NCBI GenBank assembly: GCA_964435605.1 | Contig: CAYTAN010000002.1 | Coordinates: forward strand, 1 to 42,645 | Direction: 5' to 3' | DNA length: 42,645 nucleotides | Source: an uncultured Dehalococcoidia bacterium | GTDB lineage: Bacteria > Chloroflexota > Dehalococcoidia > Lucifugimonadales > UBA826 | In this document: piece by piece, positions 8,338-17,186 of the stretch | Numbering within the stretch: position 1 is the first letter of the stretch | How the letters are laid out: each line of letters begins with the position of its first letter | Position numbers and translations under genes: made by a program | Notes under the pieces: generated by a model | Told to the model about the DNA's origin: nothing | The model's input: the letters and a program-made list of their open reading frames with translations, nothing else | Database searches by the model: none

Positions 8338-9309
8338 ATGTCGGAAAATAGCAAACCAGTAATTATTGACTGTGATCCTGGTGTCGATGACGCTGCTGCG
8401 ATTCTATTAGCTCTTTCTCATCCAGCTTTGGATATTAGAGCTGTTACCACAGTTTTTGGAAACGTAGGACTTGATCAAACCACGAAAAATGCCTTAAAAA
8501 TTTTGGAAGTTGCCGGGTGTGGAGAAATTCCGGTTTATAAGGGAGCAGAGAAGACGTTTGATTTTCGGGCTCCGGAGACTTCGGAACACATACACGGTAC
8601 AGACGGCCTGGGGAATAATTTTTTTCCAGACGCATCGGCAGCCCAGTTGCAAAAACAGCATGCTGTTTTTGCAACGATAGACATGGTAAATAAATTTCCT
8701 GGAGAGATCACCTATGTTGCTCTTGGCAGACTGACAAATTTAGCCCTGGCCATAAGTATTGATCCATCGTTGATACAGTCGATCAAGGAAGTTGTCGTAA
8801 TGGGGGGGGCGATCAATGTTCCTGGTAATATGTCTCCCACAGCGTCAGCCAATTTGTATGGTGACGTTCATGGAGCTTCTGTGGTGTATCGATCAGGAAT
8901 AAACTTAAGCCAGATTGGCTTGGATGTTTGTAACCAAGTAGAAATATCTCCTCAAAAACAAGAGGAAATCTGGCAGTTGGATTCAAGCGTCTCAAATTTT
9001 TTGCAAAAGATCATAACTGTGCACAGAACTGCCTATCAGGGGGCGCAGATCGGGACAAAGATTCCTGGGGCGGCAAGATTCAACGATATGCCAGCTATTG
9101 GTTACACGATTAATCCTTCTCTTTTTGAGTGCGAAGTTATGAGAATACACTTTGAAACTCTTGGAAAATTTACTAAAGGCCAAACGGTTCCTGACACAAA
9201 AAATTTTGTTGAGGACGCTCAGGATGTTAATGTCGCTATGAAGGTAAAAGTGGACGAATTGGTGGAATTGTGGATGGATGGAATTAGAAGCTACGGGGCC
9301 TCTCTATGA
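8338..9309 (+). CDS. Inosine/uridine-preferring nucleoside hydrolase family protein
   Basis: N-terminal Asp cluster IIDCDPGVDDAAAILLAL. Length is 323 aa. Confidence 0.85.
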   Translation: MSENSKPVIIDCDPGVDDAAAILLALSHPALDIRAVTTVFGNVGLDQTTKNALKILEVAGCGEIPVYKGAEKTFDFRAPETSEHIHGTDGLGNNFFPDASAAQLQKQHAVFATIDMVNKFPGEITYVALGRLTNLALAISIDPSLIQSIKEVVVMGGAINVPGNMSPTASANLYGDVHGASVVYRSGINLSQIGLDVCNQVEISPQKQEEIWQLDSSVSNFLQKIITVHRTAYQGAQIGTKIPGAARFNDMPAIGYTINPSLFECEVMRIHFETLGKFTKGQTVPDTKNFVEDAQDVNVAMKVKVDELVELWMDGIRSYGASL

Positions 9310-9409
9310 GAAACGCCTTATTTTTCTAAAAAGTGAAGATCAACTAGATCGACTTTTTATTTAAAGTAGTCTTTCGGCGAATAAATTTACAGATACGAAA
9401 ATTTCATAC

Positions 9410-9997
9410 ATGACTAAAAACTCTCATATTTTGACTCCAGACCTGGTAATTTTGGGAATTGGAAACCCTGGCCCACAATATGCGAATACTCGGCACAATG
9501 TCGGGTTTTGGTTTATCGATCAAATTGCTGAACAGGAAGGTATTGAACTTAAAAGACAAAAGAACTTGGTGCGAACATCTCGGATTCAGTTGGACAATCG
9601 TTCTATCATACTGGCCAAGTCACGAACATTCGTAAATGTGAGCGGTGATGCTGCCGAATATCTAATAACCCGTTATCAAATCGAGTTGAGCCAATTACTG
9701 GTGGTGTATGACGATATCCATTTACCGGTAAGCCGCATGAGATTAAGAGCGCAGGGTAGTGCCGGAGGGCATAACGGCATTCGATCTATCATTGCTGCAG
9801 TACATTCCCAGGATTTTCCTCGCATAAGGATTGGAGTTGGTTCGCCAGAATCGGGGGTTGACCAGGTTGGATATGTATTGGGAACGCCTGATAGCAATGA
9901 GAAGGAATCCATAGATCACGCTATTTCCAAAGCGGTTACCTCGGTTAGGGTGATTCTCAACGAAGGGATTGATATAGCTATGAATAAATTTAATTAA
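9410..9997 (+). CDS. pth: Peptidyl-tRNA hydrolase
   Basis: LVILGIGNPGPQYANTRHNVGF and DDIHLPVSRMRLRAQGSAGGHNGIRS. Confidence 0.92.
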   Translation: MTKNSHILTPDLVILGIGNPGPQYANTRHNVGFWFIDQIAEQEGIELKRQKNLVRTSRIQLDNRSIILAKSRTFVNVSGDAAEYLITRYQIELSQLLVVYDDIHLPVSRMRLRAQGSAGGHNGIRSIIAAVHSQDFPRIRIGVGSPESGVDQVGYVLGTPDSNEKESIDHAISKAVTSVRVILNEGIDIAMNKFN

Positions 9998-10049
9998 AGT
10001 GATACTTTGCTGACACTGGAGTACTATGTGACCTCATGGTCATAAAGCC

Positions 10050-11513
10050 TTGAAACACATTGCTGATATTATCGCGTCTAGCTCGAAGTACAAGTGGTGG
10101 GTGTATTCCGCTGTGGCTGTCGGTGCATATGTAACTGTTTCAGATCAAACAGGCACAAACATCGCCATGCCGAGAATTTCAGAAGATCTCACTTTGGACA
10201 TTCCTACGGTCCAGTGGATTTATTTGCTATATACGCTGTGTATAAGTGCCCTTGTTATACCGATGGGCAAGATGTCGGACATTGTCGGAAGAAAGACGGT
10301 TTATTCTTCGGGACTAGTACTGTTTCTGATCGGTTCTATTGTTGTGTACTTTGCTGGAAATTTTTCTATTTTATTGCTTGGCAAAGCAGCTCAAGGCATT
10401 GGAGCCGCGATGATTCAGTCAAATGGTATGGCTTTAATCGTGGAAGCATTTCCTCGTTTAGAAAGAGGTAAGGCATTGGGGCTGTACATGACGATTATAG
10501 GCGCCGGTGCTGTTGGTGGACCTGTTATAGGGGGATTCCTAGTTAGTCTGTTTGGGTGGCAAGCAATATATGCTATGAGCGCCATTTTGTGTTTATTCGC
10601 ATTGATTCTTTCAACATTGGTTCTTAAGCGATTTTCTGGTGAAAGGAAAAACGGACTTCTTACTTTCGACTGGCCGGGTGCAGCACTATCAGCCGGATTT
10701 CTTTCTATTGTTCTAATATCTCTGACTTTCTCGTACAGGGCTGGGTGGTCGAATATGTATGTACTTATGGGGTTTTTGGTGTCATTCGCATTACTTTGTG
10801 GGTTTCTGTATAGGGAGAAAGTTTGTGAAGACCCGATGATTGAATTGTCTCTGTTTAGACATCCGGTTTTCTCATTAGGAATAGCGGCAAGGTATATGAG
10901 TTTTATGGCAGGAGCTTCTGCTTTTTTCTTGATGCCATTTTACTTAATACAAATTTTGGGATTGAAAGAATCTTCGGCGGCCTTGATCATGGCACCTGCT
11001 TCGGTGATGATGGCTGTTAGTAGTCCTATAAGTGGACGAGTCTCAGATAAATTTGGAACCAAGTGGCCTGCGGTGTTAGGTTTATTACTAACCTGTGCAG
11101 CTCTAATCACATATACATTACTGGACGTCGATTCTCCCCCTGTTTTGGTAATGATTGGAATGTTTCTTAGTGGATCCGGTAATGGCATATTTGGGGCACC
11201 CAATACAAGCGCTGTAATGGGGATAGCGGGTCAAAGCAGATATGGCGTAGTAACAGCATTAGTTAATATGACTCGGACAACGGGGAATCTAACGGGGCTT
11301 TCGATGGGGATTACTTTAGTGGTGTTGTCTATGGGATTTGCAGGGTACGAAGCTGATTTATCCAGCATTTCAGAATTAGGTAGTGGTAGTGACGGTACGG
11401 AGTTAAAGTCTGTGTTCACTTTGGGAATGAAAAGAGCTTTCCTTGCTGGGGCTGTGCTTGTAGGATTTGCTGCTATATTCACTGCACTTAGACCCGGTCG
11501 ATCGGATTTTTGA
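10050..11513 (+). CDS. MFS transporter, DHA2 family, copy 2
   Basis: 487 aa with a TTG start. Motifs: GKMSDIVGRKTVY, QGIGAAM, GPVIGGFLVSLFGWQAIY. Confidence 0.85.
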   Translation: MKHIADIIASSSKYKWWVYSAVAVGAYVTVSDQTGTNIAMPRISEDLTLDIPTVQWIYLLYTLCISALVIPMGKMSDIVGRKTVYSSGLVLFLIGSIVVYFAGNFSILLLGKAAQGIGAAMIQSNGMALIVEAFPRLERGKALGLYMTIIGAGAVGGPVIGGFLVSLFGWQAIYAMSAILCLFALILSTLVLKRFSGERKNGLLTFDWPGAALSAGFLSIVLISLTFSYRAGWSNMYVLMGFLVSFALLCGFLYREKVCEDPMIELSLFRHPVFSLGIAARYMSFMAGASAFFLMPFYLIQILGLKESSAALIMAPASVMMAVSSPISGRVSDKFGTKWPAVLGLLLTCAALITYTLLDVDSPPVLVMIGMFLSGSGNGIFGAPNTSAVMGIAGQSRYGVVTALVNMTRTTGNLTGLSMGITLVVLSMGFAGYEADLSSISELGSGSDGTELKSVFTLGMKRAFLAGAVLVGFAAIFTALRPGRSDF

Positions 11514-11608
11514 TGAATCATGTAGTTGGAATGAAACTGCCTAACTTATCCTAGTAGACCCTGATATAATTTTGCGGACCGAAGTAGTTTCTAGAAGGAG
11601 GTTGCCTT

Positions 11609-12427
11609 ATGGCAGGGGAAGAATATTCTTTTACAGTGTTTTCAAAGAATGCTTTTTATGCTGAATTAAACGCTCGTTTGGTGGATTTGGCTGATGTGAA
11701 ATCAGATTTAAGGGTTTTAGATCTTGCTTGTGCCACAGGAGGTGTAACCCGGTTAATTTTGGAGAGAATAAATCGGACTCGGGATACCGTTGTAATAGCT
11801 CTAGATCATTCGCAAACGGCTCTCAAGACAGCGATGGAAGAATTAAAAGATATCTCAAATAATGCTGTGCAGTATGTTCAGGGCGGTGTTGAGAATGTCT
11901 CGGAAGTGGTTAAAGAGTCAGTAGATACTGTGGTGTTTTGCAATGCCATCCATTACCTACCAGATAAAGATAAAGTGATCGGGGACATATCCAAAGCAAT
12001 AAAACCTGGTGGTAAATTTGCTTTTAACACGTCTTTTTATGAGGGAGGGCAGCATGAAGATTCGGCGGCTTTCTACAATAAATGGATGTTCAAAGCATTT
12101 CGTATTTTACGGAAAGAATATGGTTTGAAGCCGGTCCGATCCGAAAAAGTAGAGTCTAGAAGGCAATTATCACCAGAGGAATATGGGGATTTGCTAAATC
12201 GAAACGGGTTAAAAATAGCGAAACAGAAAGTGGACACTGTACAGGTACCGATCGAAGGATGGTTAGATATTAGTACATTTTCAGACTTCATAGAAGGTAC
12301 TATGCCTGGGGTTCCCATGGAGAAAGCAAGCGCCGCTTTGCAGGAAGGAATAAAGCAAACATACGCCGAGTTGAATGTGACACATGTTCCCAGAAATTGG
12401 CTAGATATAGTTGCTGTTAAAAGTTAA
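11609..12427 (+). CDS. Class I SAM-dependent methyltransferase
   Basis: Motif I VLDLACATGG, with AGGAGG SD 7 nt upstream of the ATG. Post-I/II motifs are VIALDHS and VVFCNAIHYL. Confidence 0.8.
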   Translation: MAGEEYSFTVFSKNAFYAELNARLVDLADVKSDLRVLDLACATGGVTRLILERINRTRDTVVIALDHSQTALKTAMEELKDISNNAVQYVQGGVENVSEVVKESVDTVVFCNAIHYLPDKDKVIGDISKAIKPGGKFAFNTSFYEGGQHEDSAAFYNKWMFKAFRILRKEYGLKPVRSEKVESRRQLSPEEYGDLLNRNGLKIAKQKVDTVQVPIEGWLDISTFSDFIEGTMPGVPMEKASAALQEGIKQTYAELNVTHVPRNWLDIVAVKS

Positions 12428-12510
12428 TTTCTAACTTGCATTCAATGAACTTGATATTTATGAGCACTCAACCTTCATGGTACAGATAACCTGTTTTCTA
12501 GGAGTTTACT

Positions 12511-13713
12511 TTGACCGGTGATGTAAATCTACCAGACGATTTCGGTCGCTACGGAGTTTATGGCGGCAGATTTGTTCCGGAAACGTTGATGCCCGCAGTT
12601 AATGAACTGGAATCTGTCTATAAAGAATCTAAAAGTGACGAAGCTTTTCAATCAGAGTTGTCTTCTCTTCTTAACAGTTTTGTAGGTAGACCAACCGAGT
12701 TGTATTTTGCAAAAAATTTGACTGAACAGCTTGGTGGAGCACAAGTTTATATCAAAAGGGAAGATCTGGCTCATACTGGGGCTCACAAGATAAACAACGC
12801 CCTAGGGCAGGGACTTCTCGCTAAGAGAATGGGGAAGCCAAGGGTTGTTGCTGAAACCGGAGCGGGACAACATGGTGTGGCTACGGCTACAGTGTGTGCA
12901 AAGTTGGGTCTTGATTGTGTAGTTTACATGGGGGAGGAAGATATACGCCGCCAAGCTCTTAACGTTTTTAGAATGAAATTATTGGGCGCTGAGGTTGTAT
13001 CGGTATCTTCAGGCAGTAAAACTTTGAAGGATGCTATTAATGAAGCCATAAGAGATTGGGTAACGAATGTAGAAACTACACATTATCTAATCGGAAGCGT
13101 TGTTGGTCCACATCCTTATCCTATGATCGTCAGGGATTATCAAAGAATAATTGGCAGTGAGGCTCGTTCCCAGATGCTTGCGATGTACGGTAAATTACCG
13201 GATTATGCTGTGGCGTGTGTAGGTGGTGGCAGTAACGCCATGGGTCTGTTTTTTGACTTTATTGGAGACGAGGATGTAAAGCTTGTTGGCGTGGAGGCGG
13301 GAGGAGATGGTATTGATACGGGCAGACATTCTTCGACGATCACCGCAGGCTCTGTAGGTGTGTTACATGGGAGTATGTCATATCTTATTCAGGATGATGA
13401 TGGGCAAGTAATTGAAACACATAGTATTTCTGCTGGATTAGATTACCCTGGGGTGGGGCCAGAGCATAGTTGGCTTAACGACACTGGTAGAGCTGAGTAT
13501 GTGAGCGTGGATGACGCTCAAGCACTTGAAGGATTCAAGCTCATGTGCCAGACAGAAGGGATTATTCCTGCTCTAGAGCCGGCTCATGCAATTTATTACA
13601 TATCCCAACTGGCTCCTAGTTTGCCAAGTGAGAAATCGATTCTTTTAGGTCTCTCGGGCCGAGGAGATAAGGATATGGATACCGTAGCTTCGGCTTTAGG
13701 GGTTGAGTCTTAG
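12511..13713 (+). CDS. trpB: Tryptophan synthase beta chain (TrpB1 type)
   Basis: [17 protein letters not shown], the PLP-Lys motif [13 protein letters not shown], and [11 protein letters not shown] start with AGGAG 5 nt upstream. No trpA is adjacent. Confidence 0.93.
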   Translation: MTGDVNLPDDFGRYGVYGGRFVPETLMPAVNELESVYKESKSDEAFQSELSSLLNSFVGRPTELYFAKNLTEQLGGAQVYIKREDLAHTGAHKINNALGQGLLAKRMGKPRVVAETGAGQHGVATATVCAKLGLDCVVYMGEEDIRRQALNVFRMKLLGAEVVSVSSGSKTLKDAINEAIRDWVTNVETTHYLIGSVVGPHPYPMIVRDYQRIIGSEARSQMLAMYGKLPDYAVACVGGGSNAMGLFFDFIGDEDVKLVGVEAGGDGIDTGRHSSTITAGSVGVLHGSMSYLIQDDDGQVIETHSISAGLDYPGVGPEHSWLNDTGRAEYVSVDDAQALEGFKLMCQTEGIIPALEPAHAIYYISQLAPSLPSEKSILLGLSGRGDKDMDTVASALGVES

Positions 13714-13721
13714 GGCTTAAC

Positions 13722-14135
13722 ATGAATACGCTAGATCATGTTACAGGAAATTCCAAAGCGATTTTTAATGCTGTTTTATGGAGGCTGTTACCAACATTTG
13801 TAGGTATTTTGGTTTTAACTCCATACCTAGGGGTTCTGCTGGATCATCATTATCTAGATGATGGACCTATGCACAGCCACATTATGGCTGTTGGTACCAA
13901 GCATCATCATTTTGTTACGACCCATGATCATAATGATCCGAACTTAATAGTTGAGACCCCTACCTTTTATAAGAATGGCTTTGCTAACTCTGGCTTTTGC
14001 ACCGATTATCAATGTGTTCATACAGACTTGGTTACGGGCCCGACTGGTCACTTTAATGTCACTTTAGCCAGAAATGATTTTCTTCGAAAAACTTATCCTT
14101 CTCCGGAACTTAAGCCGCCGATATTCGGAATGTGA
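13722..14135 (+). CDS. Hypothetical N-terminally anchored His-rich protein
   Basis: One predicted TM helix (LLPTFVGILVLTPYLGVLL), followed by 9 His in 32 residues (DHHYLDDGPMHSHIMAVGTKHHHFVTTHDHND). The gap after trpB is 8 nt. No family recognised. Confidence 0.55.
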   Translation: MNTLDHVTGNSKAIFNAVLWRLLPTFVGILVLTPYLGVLLDHHYLDDGPMHSHIMAVGTKHHHFVTTHDHNDPNLIVETPTFYKNGFANSGFCTDYQCVHTDLVTGPTGHFNVTLARNDFLRKTYPSPELKPPIFGM

Positions 14136-14184
14136 TTTTTTGTGTGCTGTTGGCGATGACAAAAAAGATTGGTGAAAGTTTAGA

Positions 14185-14718
14185 GTGAGTGATTTTAAAC
14201 AGGTAGTACTTGGATTAGGTATTGTGCTGTCTTTTATAGGATGTTTGCAATCTGATGTTTTATATGCGAATGGATCTGTAAAAGTCTACGAAAAGCGCAT
14301 CATAAGTTTCTATGAAATTGGTCTAGGTACTGTGCCAAGCTCTCCGGCTGTTGGTGTCACACACTTTGCTACTTATGTGAAAGATATGGAGGCCGGCTAT
14401 TTACTAAACGATGTTGATGTCATTTTCACGGCAACAGATAATGAATTAGGAAAGCAAATAGGCCCCAACAAAATGACTAGTAGCCTTATGGATCCGAATT
14501 ATTATGAGTTGGATCTAAATTTTGAAACTGAAGGGACCTGGACGGTTAGGCTAATTGTTAATATGGAGTCCAGCTCTCATGAGGTTAGTTACCAGGTATC
14601 TGTGCGTAAGCCTAATCCAATTATCCCTATTCTGACAGCGGCGGTGCTATTGCTGTTTTTGGGTATTTTGGGATTATCTGCAAGGGCCTGGGTAAGGGAA
14701 TACAGAAAAAAGAAATAA
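14185..14718 (+). CDS. Hypothetical exported protein with C-terminal membrane anchor (FixH/YtkA-like beta domain suspected)
   Basis: GTG start. The signal-like N-terminus has a lipobox-like FIGC. The beta-rich body ends in EGTWTVRLIV, followed by a C-terminal TM helix plus REYRKKK. Confidence 0.6.
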   Translation: MSDFKQVVLGLGIVLSFIGCLQSDVLYANGSVKVYEKRIISFYEIGLGTVPSSPAVGVTHFATYVKDMEAGYLLNDVDVIFTATDNELGKQIGPNKMTSSLMDPNYYELDLNFETEGTWTVRLIVNMESSSHEVSYQVSVRKPNPIIPILTAAVLLLFLGILGLSARAWVREYRKKK

Positions 14719-14730
14719 GGCTATCTGGAA

Positions 14731-15555
14731 ATGCTGCTTGGGAACAGAAATCAAGGAAATTTAATCGTGAAGAAATATATATTTATGTTCGTTGCTGTCA
14801 TGGCAATGATTTTAGTTATTGCTTGTAATGAGAGTGAAAACTCAACTTCTAGTGATGTGGCAGGAAACGAAATTTCTAACAACTTGGAGTTTATTGAGCA
14901 TAAGATAGTGCTGGAGAAAGGAGAGTTGAAATCAGAGAGCGAGAAAATCTCCGTAAGTCAGGGAGAGAATGTTAAGTTGGAGTTTGTTTCTGACATGGAA
15001 ATGGAAGTGCATTTACATGGATATGACTTAAAGTTAACCGTAAGTCCGAACAAAGAATCTGTTATGCAGTTTACTGCTGAGGCCACTGGTAGGTTTGTTA
15101 TCACCTCACATGCCGATCAAAGTTCGCATGAATCTCATAAGTCTCATACTGAACATGCTAAGTTATTTGAGTCTGAGACACTTTTGCAGGGGGACAGTTT
15201 TCAATTTGATATAACTGAGGATTTAGATGGAAGCACTATCATTTACCACGATCACATGTCTCATAGTGATTCTGGCACCATAGTTGTGTCGCAAGAACAT
15301 CAAACAGTCGATATGGTGGAGATACGAATTAGTGATTCTGGATTTAGTCCGGCCGAAATTACGGTTGGGCCAGGGACGAGCATTAAATGGATTTCGGATA
15401 AAGCATCCAAAGTTAGGATAACGAGTGGTTCCATTCCGGGGGGATCTCATGACTCACATGGTAAATCTCATGATAAACATGCAGAACATGATAAGCATGG
15501 GGAAAAGGAATCTCACGATGAAAAAACTCTACTGGTTGTTGAAGTGCGGCCATAA
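14731..15555 (+). CDS. Hypothetical His-rich lipoprotein with two cupredoxin-like domains
   Basis: Lipobox VIAC. The second domain, VEIRISDSGFSPAEITVGPGTSIKWISD, resembles cupredoxin/EfeO-N but lacks the type-1 Cu Cys. His runs: SHADQSSHESHKSHTEH, YHDHMSHSD, GGSHDSHGKSHDKHAEHDKHGEKESHDEK. The start may instead be GTG 14767. Confidence 0.65.
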   Translation: MLLGNRNQGNLIVKKYIFMFVAVMAMILVIACNESENSTSSDVAGNEISNNLEFIEHKIVLEKGELKSESEKISVSQGENVKLEFVSDMEMEVHLHGYDLKLTVSPNKESVMQFTAEATGRFVITSHADQSSHESHKSHTEHAKLFESETLLQGDSFQFDITEDLDGSTIIYHDHMSHSDSGTIVVSQEHQTVDMVEIRISDSGFSPAEITVGPGTSIKWISDKASKVRITSGSIPGGSHDSHGKSHDKHAEHDKHGEKESHDEKTLLVVEVRP

Positions 15556-15591
15556 TATTACAAAGTTAGTATCCCCGATGAATTTGATTAG

Positions 15592-17142
15592 ATGATGCTG
15601 AATAAAAAAAGACTAATAACTTCATTATGCTTAGCCTTAATTGCAGTGGTGCTTACTGTGCCATCTGTCTCAGCTCATGGTTTTGGGGAAAGATATGACC
15701 TACCTGTGCCATTAGATTACTTTGTTGTTGGAGCTGCAGCAACGGTAGCTCTTTCTTTCCTCATCATTGCCTTTTTTATTCGTAAAGGAAAGCAAGAATA
15801 TGAATATCCATACCTGAATATAATATTTGGTGTTTTTATATATCGCACCTATAAGACTGTGGGAGGGCTATTAGGTCTATTGGGTGTTTTTTTACTTACG
15901 GCTACTATACTTTCGGGATTATTCGGAACAGAGGATGCACTCGATAATTTTGCACCTACTTTTGTGTGGATTATATGGTGGGTAGGGATAGGTTATGCTG
16001 TAGCTCTACTAGGGAATGTCTGGTTGATATTAAATCCTTGGCTGGTGATATTTGGCTGGATTGAGAGAATATTTGGTAGTTCAAATAAACCAATTTTGAC
16101 TTGGAAAAAGCAATGGGACGCTTGGCCAGCGCTAGCTATATTTTTGTGCTTTGCATGGATAGAAAATGCGTATCCAGGTGCATCAAGTCCAAAAAGTCTT
16201 TCAGTACTGATTCTTTTGTACTCTTTCGTTACCTTTTCGGGAATGACAATTTTTGGCAAACATATATGGCTGAGAAATGGAGATCCTTTTTCAGTCCTTT
16301 TTTCTCTTTTCTCAAGATTCTCTCCCACTGAAATTAGAGTGAAGGCTGATGATCAGCAGCATATTATTTGTCGTGGGTGTAGCTCCGACTGTGAGAGTAA
16401 TTCAGACCTTCCCGACTGTGTCGATTGCTATGAATGTTGGACTAGGTCGAGGTCTGAACACCGGCAATTTAATTTGCGGCCGTGGGCGACAGGATTGTGT
16501 CGTGGAGAACGAGTTACTCCTGCTCTGGTAGCGTTTCATTTGACAGCATTGGCCTCAGTGACTTTTGATGGGTTCAGCGAAACACCAGCCTGGGTAGCGG
16601 TACAGACGTCGTTATGGCCTGTGGTGGACCCTTTGCCCGGCCCAGCTGTAGCGACTTTCAACAGTTTTGGGACATTTCTTTTCCCTCTGTTATTTGGTCT
16701 TTTATACGTCCAGATCTGTGGCTATGTATCAAAATTGTCCAAAGGTGAGATGTCTAAAAATAGTGTGGTGCTTAGTTTTGTATTTTCATTGGTTCCAATC
16801 GCTCTAGCATACAATTTGTCGCATTATCTTTCTTTTCTCTTAATTACTGGACAGCAGATAATACCGTTAATATCTGATCCGCTAGGGGTTGGTTGGGATT
16901 TGTTAGGAACAGCTGATTTTAAGCCTAATATAGCCATTATAAATGCAAGAATTGCCTGGATCGTGTCTATTGTTTCTTTAGTCTCAGGACATGTGGTATC
17001 GGTGTATATTGCGCATGTTATTTCCCTTAGAAGAACAAGTTCCCACAAAATAGCAATTAGAAGTCAATATCCCATGTTGGCCTTAATGGTATTTTACACA
17101 GGTGTTAGTCTGTGGATAATCGCTCAGCCTATAGTCGAATAA
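15592..17142 (+). CDS. Hypothetical polytopic membrane protein with mature N-terminal His and a 6-Cys loop
   Basis: The signal peptide ends in VSA|HGFGERYDLPVPL. At least 10 hydrophobic helices are present. The loop at 16369-16437 carries C-x2-C-x3-C-x8-C-x2-C-x2-C. No family recognised. Confidence 0.7.
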   Translation: MMLNKKRLITSLCLALIAVVLTVPSVSAHGFGERYDLPVPLDYFVVGAAATVALSFLIIAFFIRKGKQEYEYPYLNIIFGVFIYRTYKTVGGLLGLLGVFLLTATILSGLFGTEDALDNFAPTFVWIIWWVGIGYAVALLGNVWLILNPWLVIFGWIERIFGSSNKPILTWKKQWDAWPALAIFLCFAWIENAYPGASSPKSLSVLILLYSFVTFSGMTIFGKHIWLRNGDPFSVLFSLFSRFSPTEIRVKADDQQHIICRGCSSDCESNSDLPDCVDCYECWTRSRSEHRQFNLRPWATGLCRGERVTPALVAFHLTALASVTFDGFSETPAWVAVQTSLWPVVDPLPGPAVATFNSFGTFLFPLLFGLLYVQICGYVSKLSKGEMSKNSVVLSFVFSLVPIALAYNLSHYLSFLLITGQQIIPLISDPLGVGWDLLGTADFKPNIAIINARIAWIVSIVSLVSGHVVSVYIAHVISLRRTSSHKIAIRSQYPMLALMVFYTGVSLWIIAQPIVE

Positions 17143-17186
17143 AATGGTGATTTCAATTGTAGGTTTAGTATCTGGAGAATTGGCTA

